Origin: a virus
Taxonomy: Duplodnaviria > Caudoviricetes
IMG/VR virus record: IMGVR_UViG_3300032373_001064
Coordinates: 1 to 27,551 of that record
DNA length: 27,551 nt
Strand: one strand, 5' to 3'
The notes below the pieces were generated by a model. It did no database searches, was not told the origin of the DNA, and saw nothing but the letters and a program-made list of their open reading frames with translations. The translations under genes and the position numbers were made by a program. Every line of letters starts with the position of its first letter. Position 1 is the first letter of the stretch. This document shows, piece after piece, positions 17,726-25,084 of this stretch.

Positions 17726-19096
17726 ATGAAAATCGTCCAGAAGAACATCGCCGAGATCACGCCCTACGAAAACAACCCTCGCCAGAACGACGGGGCGGTC
17801 GAGTCGGTGGCTGAATCGCTTCGCCAGTTCGGGTTTCGCCAGCCGATCGTGGTTGATGAAGACGGCATCATCGTCTGCGGGCACACACGCTACAAAGCTG
17901 CCCAGATGCTCGAACTCAAGCGGGTGCCGGTGCATGTAGCCACAGACCTGACGCCCGAGCAGATCCGGGCGTACCGCATCGCCGACAACAAGACCGGCGA
18001 ACTGGCCACCTGGGATATGGACCTGCTGCCGATAGAGATCGCCGAGTTGCAGGAGGCGGGGATCGATTGGTCGTTGCTTGGATTCGATGCCGACGATCTG
18101 GCTCGGCTGATGGCGGGCGAAGAGGGTGTGGCGGCGGGGTTGACCGATCCCGATGATGTACCAGAGCCACCGGATGATCCGATCACACAGCCGGGGGATC
18201 TGTGGGTGCTCGGGAACCATCGGCTGTTGTGTGGGGATTCATCGAGCGAGACCGATCTGGATCGGTTGCTCGATGGCAGCAGCATCGACATGGTGAATAC
18301 CGATCCGCCGTATAATGTGAAGGTCGAGCCGCGATCGAACAACGCGATCGCGGCGGGCAACTCGTCGTTCAGCGCTCCGGAAAAGAAGCACCACCAGAAG
18401 TTTGACCTCGCCCGCCATCCCGAGAAGGCCAAGCCGACGCAGAAAAAAATGCGGGCGAAAGACCGGCCGCTCGAAAACGACTTCGTCACAGACGAGGCAT
18501 TCGATGAGATGCTACTGGCGTGGTTCGGGAACATCAGCCGTGTGCTCAAGCCGGGCGGGTCGTTCTACATATGGGGCGGCTACGCCAATCTCGGCAACTA
18601 CCCCGCCCCGCTCAAAGCGAGCGAGCTGTACTTCAGTCAAGGCATCGTCTGGGACAAACAACACCCCGTGCTCACCCGCAAGGACTTCATGGGGGCGTTC
18701 GAGATCTGCTTCTACGGCTGGCGCGAGGGGGCCGGGCACAAGTTCTTCGGCCCGACCAACGCGACCGACCTCTGGCACATCAAGAAGGTCAACCCGCAAA
18801 GCATGGTTCACCTCACCGAGAAGCCCGTCGAGCTGGCGGTGAAAGCGATCCAGTATTCATCCCGACCGGGCGAGAATGTCCTCGACCTCTTCGGTGGCTC
18901 GGGCTCAACCCTCATCGCCTGCGAGCAGACGGATCGCCACGCCTACCTGATGGAGATCGACCCGGCGTATTGCGATGTGATCGTCCAACGGTGGGAAGCC
19001 TTCACCGGCAAGAAGGCGGAGCGGATTGCATCGAACGCTGACGCCGGAGAAACAGCCCCGGTGAATGCCGAGGCTGAAGAAGGGGGCGGAGGATGA
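17726..19096 (+). CDS. ParB-N-terminal domain fused to an N6/N4 DNA methyltransferase (beta class)
   Basis: ParB-like ITPYENNPRQN..FGFRQPIVVD..GHTRYKAA..YRIADNK; MTase HRLLCGDS, TDPPY, HLTEKPVEL, LDLFGGSGST, EIDPAYCDVI; RBS ggagg. Confidence 0.93.
   Translation: MKIVQKNIAEITPYENNPRQNDGAVESVAESLRQFGFRQPIVVDEDGIIVCGHTRYKAAQMLELKRVPVHVATDLTPEQIRAYRIADNKTGELATWDMDLLPIEIAELQEAGIDWSLLGFDADDLARLMAGEEGVAAGLTDPDDVPEPPDDPITQPGDLWVLGNHRLLCGDSSSETDLDRLLDGSSIDMVNTDPPYNVKVEPRSNNAIAAGNSSFSAPEKKHHQKFDLARHPEKAKPTQKKMRAKDRPLENDFVTDEAFDEMLLAWFGNISRVLKPGGSFYIWGGYANLGNYPAPLKASELYFSQGIVWDKQHPVLTRKDFMGAFEICFYGWREGAGHKFFGPTNATDLWHIKKVNPQSMVHLTEKPVELAVKAIQYSSRPGENVLDLFGGSGSTLIACEQTDRHAYLMEIDPAYCDVIVQRWEAFTGKKAERIASNADAGETAPVNAEAEEGGGG
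19048..19076 (-). terminator. Probable terminator for the minus-strand gene pair, embedded in the MTase 3' end
   Basis: Minus-strand RNA CAGCCUCGG-CAUUCA-CCGGGGCUG-UUUCU, which pairs fully (one G-U) only on the minus strand. Confidence 0.5.
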
Positions 19097-19101
19097 TCCG
19101 T

Positions 19102-19488
19102 CTACTTGTTCGTAGCGAAGAGTCCGCGATCCGTTTTGATGAATCGGCTGGCCTTGCCCTTCTTGGCAATCTCACGGATCATGGCGGCGTAGAGCGTGGC
19201 GTGCGGGGTCTTGCCGGTGGTTTGCCAGCCCGCGGCGATCGCTCGTTCAGCGATGGCTTTGGCTTGCAGCGGTTCCTTCGCATCCGAGAGCACCTTGGCG
19301 GCCAGGTCGAGCCCGGTTATCCGTTTGCCCTGTTTCGCCCGTGTCGCGTTCTTGGCGGGCTTGGCCTTGGTGCTCGCTTTGGGCTTGGCTTTGGCGACAG
19401 TCGCGGCCGTGTTGGCCCGTGTGGGCTTCTTGGCTGGGGTCTTCTTCGCGGTTGCTTTCTTTGCTTGTTTCGTTACTGGCTTCGTCAT
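19102..19488 (-). CDS. HARE-HTH (HB1/ASXL-type) winged-helix protein with a Lys/Ala-rich N-terminal tail
   Basis: LDLAAKVLSDAKEPLQAKAIAERA..GKTPHATLYAAMIREI..SRFIKTDRGLF; histone-H1-like KKATAKKTPAKK tail; RBS aagga. Confidence 0.85.
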   Translation of the reverse strand: MTKPVTKQAKKATAKKTPAKKPTRANTAATVAKAKPKASTKAKPAKNATRAKQGKRITGLDLAAKVLSDAKEPLQAKAIAERAIAAGWQTTGKTPHATLYAAMIREIAKKGKASRFIKTDRGLFATNK

Positions 19489-19521
19489 GTCATTTCCTTT
19501 CGAGTTGGGATGGTCAACCGG

Positions 19522-19839
19522 TTACGCCCGGTCGGTGTGAATGGTCGGGTTGTTTGGCGAGCTCGGAGCGGGCTGGCCGTCGGCTTCTTTGCAGGCGTGC
19601 GCGCGTCCCTGGCGGTAGCCCGTGTGCAGGCCTTCGTGGTACGCGGCTTCGAATACCGTTTCGACGAGTTGCCGGATGCCCCACACGCTGGTTTCGAAGA
19701 AGTCGTCGCCAGAGTTGGTCGTTTTGAGCGAGTCGCGGAACATGGCCTTGCGGGCGGTTTCGATGGCTTTGTCCATCGCTTGTTGTTTGGCGATCGCGTC
19801 AAGGCTTTGGGTGGTGCTGCGTGTGGGGTTGGTCGTCAT
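19522..19839 (-). CDS. Small DUF6900-like protein
   Basis: SLKTTNSGDDFFETSVWGIRQLVETVFEAAYHEG; RBS ggag before ATG 19839. Confidence 0.65.
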   Translation of the reverse strand: MTTNPTRSTTQSLDAIAKQQAMDKAIETARKAMFRDSLKTTNSGDDFFETSVWGIRQLVETVFEAAYHEGLHTGYRQGRAHACKEADGQPAPSSPNNPTIHTDRA

Positions 19840-20012
19840 CGTTCGGTTCTCCGTTTCGTGTTCCGTGGCAGGCGTGCATTCGCCTCCCGTGTGACACATG
19901 AAGCCATGAAAACGACCAGATTGGAAGGCCATTGGGCCTTTATTTACCGATGTTTTCGAGATTCTGGCAGACTCGGGGCGACATGTGGGCAAGTCATGGC
20001 GGGAGGTGCCCC

Positions 20013-20255
20013 ATGACTCCCGAACACGCGCCTAGTTTCGACGGACCGCACCGAATAGACCCAGCCGCGATGACGATCGAAGACGCCGCCAAGCTGCTCA
20101 CCAAGGCGGGCGGCGTGCGCATTTCTGAGCCGCAGATACGCGCGGACATCGAGCATGGTGCACCAACCAACGCCGACGGCACGATCAATCTCGTGCATTA
20201 CGCTGCGTGGTTGGTGCGGGAGATGGCGACGGGAGGGGCGACCATTGGCGATTGA
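20013..20255 (+). CDS. Small HTH protein, putative minimal terminase small subunit (Nu1-like DNA-binding domain)
   Basis: RBS ggagg, 80 aa, MTIEDAAKLL..ISEPQIRADIEHGAP..INLVHYAAWL, overlaps the terL start. Confidence 0.65.
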   Translation: MTPEHAPSFDGPHRIDPAAMTIEDAAKLLTKAGGVRISEPQIRADIEHGAPTNADGTINLVHYAAWLVREMATGGATIGD

Positions 20256-22521
20256 TCCGCGTCAACTCAGGCCCAGCGAGTTGTGCCAGTTGCTCAACTC
20301 AACGCCGACCGGTGAAGTGATCGGCGAGCGGCAGCTTCGTCGGCATCGCACGCGGGCTGGGCTGCGTATTGCGGCGAGCAACGATCCGCAGCGGGTGGAT
20401 TTGCTGCGGTATGTCGCGTGGCTGGTCGAGCAGCGTCATAAGCCCAAACCCGAATCTGAAACCCTGACCGGCTACGACGCTCAGCGCGAGCGGGCGTTGG
20501 CTCGAAGCAAGGCCCAATCGCTCTCGGGGCGCGACATCGGCGAGCTGCCACCCGTCGTCGATCCGACCCGTAAAACAAAGGCCCAAACGAGTTTCCGGTT
20601 CTTCTGCGAAACCTACTTCGAGCAGACTTTCACGATGGCGTGGTCGGCGGATCACCTGAAGGTCATCGCCAAGATCGAGCAGGCCGTGCTCGAGGGCGGG
20701 TTGTTTGCGATGGCGATGCCCCGCGGGTCGGGCAAGACGACGCTCTCCGAGATCGCGTGCCTGTGGGCGATCTTGATCGGCGCGCGTGAATTCGTCACAC
20801 TCATCGGGGCCGACGAAGAACACGCGGCCAATATGCTCGATTCGATCAAGGCCGAACTTGAGAACAACGATCTGCTGCTTGCGGATTTCCCCGAAGCGGT
20901 CTATCCAATCCAGCAACTCGAAGGCATCCACCAACGCGCCGGCGGGCAACTCTACCAAGGCACGCAGACGCACATCGGGTGGACTGCCAAGGAGATCGTG
21001 CTGCCGACGATGCCGAACTCAAAGGCATCGGGAGCGATCATCCGCGTGGCCGGGATCACTGGTCGCATCCGAGGCATGAAACACAAGCGTCCCGACGGCC
21101 AATCGGTTCGTCCATCGTTGGTATTGATCGACGATCCCCAGACGGACGAATCGGCACGATCGCCATCACAATGCGCCACACGCGAGCGGATTCTTGCGGG
21201 CGCGATTCTCGGGCTTGGCGGGCCGGGCAAGAAGATCGCGGGGCTGATGACGATCACCGTTGTTCGCCCTGATGACATGGCCGATCGGTTGCTCGATCGA
21301 GACCTGCATCCGCAATGGCAAGGCGAGCGAACGAAGATGGTGTACGCGTTCCCGACCGATGAAGCGTTGTGGGCGAAGTACGCCGAGCTTCGAGCCGATG
21401 GATTGCGGAATGATGCGGGGATCAAGGCCGCGACTTCGTTCTATCGCGAGCATCAAGAGGCAATGGACGAGGGCGCGATCGTCGCTTGGCCCGAGCGGTT
21501 CAACCACGACGAGCTGTCGGCCGTCCAACACGCTATGAACCTGAAATACCAGAACGAAGCCGCGTTCTGGGCGGAGTATCAGAACGAGCCGTTGCCCGAG
21601 AATGAGCCCGATGATGAACTCCTGACCGCCGAGCAGATCGCGGCCAAGACCAGCGGCATGAAACGCGGCGAGGTGCCGATCGGTTGTTCGCACCTGACGA
21701 TGTTCATCGATGTGCAGGGCAAGGCGTTGTTCTGGCTCATCGCCGCGTGGGCCGACGATTTCACCGGGCACATCATCGACTACGGCACCCACCCCGACCA
21801 ACAGCAACCACACTTCACGCTGCGATCACTCAAGCGAACACTGCAAACGGAGTCCCCGCGAGCCGGGCAAGAGGGCGCGATCTACGCCGGGCTCGAACGA
21901 CTCACTGAATCCATGCTGACCAAAGAATGGCGACGCGATGACGGCGCGATGGTGCGGATCGACCGTTGTCTGATCGATGCCAACTGGGGAGCATCGACGG
22001 ATGTCGTGTATCAGTTCTGCCGACAGAGTAAGTTCGCCAATGTATTGCTGCCAAGCCACGGCCGATATGTCGGTGCGAGCAGCATCCCATTCAGCGAGTA
22101 CAAACGCAAACGAGGCGACCGCGTCGGACACAACTGGCGGATTCCCAATGTCACGGGCAAGCGGGCCGTGCGGCATGTGGTCTTCGACACGAACTACTGG
22201 AAGTCATTCGTTCAATCGCGGCTCGCCGTGCCTATGGGCGACCCGGGATGCCTGGCGTTGTTCGGGCGTAAGCCTGACACCCATCGGCTCCTCGCTGAGC
22301 ACCTGACAGCCGAGTACCGCGTCAAGACCGAAGGGCGAGGTCGAACCGTTGACGAATGGAAACTCCGCCAGCCCGGCCTCGATAACCACTGGCTCGATTG
22401 CATCGTCGGTGCTGCGGTGGCGGCGTCGATTCAAGGGGTGGTACTCTTGGGGGCTGGTCTGAATCAAGATCCGAAACGCACCCGAGTGCGATTGTCTGAA
22501 ATCCGAAGGGGCAAGCGATAG
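20245..22521 (+). CDS. Terminase large subunit (GpA-type) with an N-terminal HTH extension
   Basis: TTG start with RBS ggagg; Walker A MPRGSGKTT, Walker B VLIDDPQ, AEYQNEP, nuclease MFIDVQ, CLIDANWG, DNHWLDC. Confidence 0.92.
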   Translation: MAIDPRQLRPSELCQLLNSTPTGEVIGERQLRRHRTRAGLRIAASNDPQRVDLLRYVAWLVEQRHKPKPESETLTGYDAQRERALARSKAQSLSGRDIGELPPVVDPTRKTKAQTSFRFFCETYFEQTFTMAWSADHLKVIAKIEQAVLEGGLFAMAMPRGSGKTTLSEIACLWAILIGAREFVTLIGADEEHAANMLDSIKAELENNDLLLADFPEAVYPIQQLEGIHQRAGGQLYQGTQTHIGWTAKEIVLPTMPNSKASGAIIRVAGITGRIRGMKHKRPDGQSVRPSLVLIDDPQTDESARSPSQCATRERILAGAILGLGGPGKKIAGLMTITVVRPDDMADRLLDRDLHPQWQGERTKMVYAFPTDEALWAKYAELRADGLRNDAGIKAATSFYREHQEAMDEGAIVAWPERFNHDELSAVQHAMNLKYQNEAAFWAEYQNEPLPENEPDDELLTAEQIAAKTSGMKRGEVPIGCSHLTMFIDVQGKALFWLIAAWADDFTGHIIDYGTHPDQQQPHFTLRSLKRTLQTESPRAGQEGAIYAGLERLTESMLTKEWRRDDGAMVRIDRCLIDANWGASTDVVYQFCRQSKFANVLLPSHGRYVGASSIPFSEYKRKRGDRVGHNWRIPNVTGKRAVRHVVFDTNYWKSFVQSRLAVPMGDPGCLALFGRKPDTHRLLAEHLTAEYRVKTEGRGRTVDEWKLRQPGLDNHWLDCIVGAAVAASIQGVVLLGAGLNQDPKRTRVRLSEIRRGKR

Positions 22522-22679
22522 AGCTTAAACCGTGATTTGTCGGACCGGGAAGCTGTGAGAGCGCGTTTATCTTGGAGAGGGTTGGGATTGGCGCGTTTTT
22601 CTGGTTTTTGGCGCGTTTTACACATGCAAATAATCTTGGTCTTTTCCAAGATCAAGCAGGCTACCACTGATGGCAAAGG

Positions 22680-23714
22680 TCAGCGATCAGTTTTTGATGC
22701 GTTTATCCGTGCCTCAAGCGACTGGAGGGTCTCGATGATGTGCTCCATGTCCGGCACCTCTCCGAAGATCATTTCGTGCATTTTGCTGTAGTCATCCTTG
22801 AGGGCTGAGATTCGTTCGGGTGGAGGGATGAGCTTGAGTGTTCCGGGGCGTGCGAGGTCATACTTTGCCCACTTGGCCTCGAAAAAGATCTCCTTGTGGT
22901 CTGCGACATCCGCAAGGAGTGAGATTTCGTTAAGGGCCTTCTCGCCGATCTCGTGTTCTGCTAATCGGGCGAGATCGTAGTAGTGCCGGGATTGGCGGTC
23001 GGGAAACTTTTTGTCTTCCGGCGCATGGCACCACTGGTGGAGAATGGTGGCTTTCTCCCAGAATGTGCGGGAACCGGAGAGCACTCTCACTTTGCTCACC
23101 GGATCTGCTACCTGATCCGGGAAAACCTCGGCTACATATGGGATGACCTGAGCATCTTCGGCGGGCCAATGGTCAGATCGAGCGCCAAGTTCAAGCTTGA
23201 CGGCGGGTTTCACATACTCAGCAGCGGAGTGGGGCTTCTTGATCTGCGGATACGCGAAGTTCAACGCGAGCGGATCGACATCATCCAACTCAAGAGCCCA
23301 TTCACCGGGCTCGCTCTTTAGCGACTCTGCAAAGTGGTCGATCAACCGGTTGCGCAGGTCGCCTTGTATGAGATCCATGCAGGTTTCGTTGAGCTCTTTC
23401 AGTGCTTTCTGCCGCTTGTTGTTCGAGGGAGCGTTTGTGGGGTCCTTGTCTCCGGTGAATCCAAGATCAGCCCGGTCGAACGCCAGGTCAACATCTTCCG
23501 AGAACCGTTCGATGGCTCCGTACACTTTGGAGAGGGAGGTTCCGCCCTTGAAGATGAGACGCGCTGGAGGATCGGGTAGCGAGAAGATTCTCCGAAGGGT
23601 CCAGCATACCCAGAAATCTTTCTCCATGATTGCTGTGGTGACACCACGCTTCGCCGCAGCTGCAGCAAACAGGTCTGCTCGATCCTTCGTGGATAATCGT
23701 GCGATTTCATCCAT
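22680..23714 (-). CDS. AbiEii/AbiGii-family nucleotidyltransferase toxin (type IV TA)
   Basis: MEKDFWVCWTL, FKGGTSLSKVYGAIERFSEDVDL, VKLELGARS, RTFWEKATILH, SRHYYDL. Confidence 0.93.
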   Translation of the reverse strand: MDEIARLSTKDRADLFAAAAAKRGVTTAIMEKDFWVCWTLRRIFSLPDPPARLIFKGGTSLSKVYGAIERFSEDVDLAFDRADLGFTGDKDPTNAPSNNKRQKALKELNETCMDLIQGDLRNRLIDHFAESLKSEPGEWALELDDVDPLALNFAYPQIKKPHSAAEYVKPAVKLELGARSDHWPAEDAQVIPYVAEVFPDQVADPVSKVRVLSGSRTFWEKATILHQWCHAPEDKKFPDRQSRHYYDLARLAEHEIGEKALNEISLLADVADHKEIFFEAKWAKYDLARPGTLKLIPPPERISALKDDYSKMHEMIFGEVPDMEHIIETLQSLEARINASKTDR

Positions 23715-23722
23715 GTCTGCTC

Positions 23723-24346
23723 CTATGCCGCGATGTGGTTGGTGTTGTCATCAGCGATGAGTCGCGCAGCATTAGCGATCCAGTCAGTTGCGTAGCGAGC
23801 ATCTCGAACGAGTTGGCGGCGATGGTTAGGGGTGAGCTGCTTGCGAATCGTACGAATCACATGATCATCAATCGCGTCTCTACCAAGGTACTTGACGGCC
23901 TGGAGTACAACCGCACTCATGGGGTGACCCTGCGGTAGGAGCTTCGGGGCGACATGCTTGATCTGAATAGTCGTATTCCCAACTTGGACTTTCCGGCTTC
24001 GGCCGTTGGTGAGATATACGGGCATGGCGGGAACCTGCGTCGAGAGCCCGAGGCGATTGGCTGCAACTGCTCCAGAAGGCGCGACCTTGCTTCCAGTCTG
24101 CCGACCGAGGGCCTGCGCCAAATCATCAAGAGATGCTGGGACATCAATCCCAATCCGAGCATTGCGACGGGGGTAGTGATAGAGCCCGCGGCCAACACGG
24201 TGGATGAAGCTGTTCTGAACAAGCCGGCGGAGGGCTTGATCGATTGCATCACGGCTTCCAATGTCGAGGAAGTCCTTTGGTGTATAGATGTTGCCGCGTC
24301 CCTTTGAGGTGATTCGGTTCTTGAGCTGGCTTTGCACAGAGTCCAT
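23723..24346 (-). CDS. DUF6088 / AbiEi-type antitoxin and transcriptional regulator
   Basis: N-terminal wHTH YTPKDFLDIGSRDAIDQALRRL..IHRVGRGLY, SGAVAANRLGLSTQVP..YLTNGRSR; RBS aaggag; directly upstream of the toxin. Confidence 0.9.
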   Translation of the reverse strand: MDSVQSQLKNRITSKGRGNIYTPKDFLDIGSRDAIDQALRRLVQNSFIHRVGRGLYHYPRRNARIGIDVPASLDDLAQALGRQTGSKVAPSGAVAANRLGLSTQVPAMPVYLTNGRSRKVQVGNTTIQIKHVAPKLLPQGHPMSAVVLQAVKYLGRDAIDDHVIRTIRKQLTPNHRRQLVRDARYATDWIANAARLIADDNTNHIAA

Positions 24347-24360
24347 TGGGGGCTCCTTTC

Positions 24361-24447
24361 TGTCAGAATAGTGTACACGATAATCTGACAATCGTCAAGC
24401 CAAATCGGGGTCTTGAATGTCAGAAAAAAGATATACTATATCTGACA
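24361..24447 (-). promoter_or_regulatory. abiE promoter with two inverted-repeat operators
   Basis: TGTCAGA-N16-TCTGACA at 24361-24390 and 24418-24447; minus-strand TTGACG (24398-24393)-N17-TACACT (24375-24370). Confidence 0.85.
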
Positions 24448-24806
24448 GTATGGTGGCATATTTTCTCTGGAAGGCCAATAAAACCAACTTCATGGTGCTG
24501 TAAGGGCATTTGGCGGTGACGGATGGTGATCGCATTGGTCTAGTCCATAACAGAAAATCAACGCGATCCCCTATCTGTAACGATTTCTCGGGGCTCGTAA
24601 TGATTTTGGGGCACTCCAGCCCAGGGAATCAAGCCTGTGCCGGTATCACTCTGTCAATCCCTTGAATCTTGCGTCCAAGAGTCAAAAATTCCGTGAACAC
24701 CATCCGTCTGTATCAGGAATCCGGCCAAGTGATCCGGCTGGCTCGCTGCATTGGCGTGATCTCTTCGAGGGGAATGCACGCTTTGGGTAACCGTATTGAA
24801 AGGACC

Positions 24807-24835
24807 CGCCACTCCAGGTGACGATCGCGTAGATG
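24807..24835 (+). promoter_or_regulatory. Putative element-sigma promoter copy C
   Basis: CGCCAC 24807-24812, spacer tccaggtgacgatc, GCGTAGATG 24827-24835, 36 bp before ATG 24872. Confidence 0.75.
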
Positions 24836-24871
24836 ACTCGTAGATACGGCATGTGCCGTGTGGGAGTCATC

Positions 24872-25084
24872 ATGCCAGAGGCATCGAGCAATCTTGAACA
24901 GGCGATTCGTGACAACGCCGCCGGGCCCAAGCGGGCGCAGGGTGATGTGGGGAGTGTTGAGCAGCATTCGCTCAAGGATCAGATCGAGGCGGATCGGTAT
25001 CTTGCAAGCAAGCAGGTTGCTGCGAATCCTACCAAGGCGGTTCGATTCACTCGATTGGTGCCTCCCGGCGCGGGGGGTAGCTGA
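24872..25084 (+). CDS. Putative gpW-like head completion protein
   Basis: 70 aa, RBS ggag, helix-hairpin-helix pattern (LEQAIRDNAAGPKRAQGDVGSVEQHSLKDQIEADRYL), immediately upstream of the portal (TGATG overlap) as in lambda A-W-B. Confidence 0.6.
   Translation: MPEASSNLEQAIRDNAAGPKRAQGDVGSVEQHSLKDQIEADRYLASKQVAANPTKAVRFTRLVPPGAGGS

Noticed and set aside
19093-20016. 307-aa + strand ORF bridging the MTase and the small terminase-like gene
   Set aside because: It has ATGA overlaps at both ends, but it is Gly/Arg/Phe-rich and antisense to two recognisable genes, so it is not supported as a protein.
24700-24780. Possible remnant of a small zinc-ribbon gene (TIRLYQESGQVIRLARC) upstream of the gpW-like gene
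   Set aside because: Too short, with no CxxC pairs and no start signal to support it.
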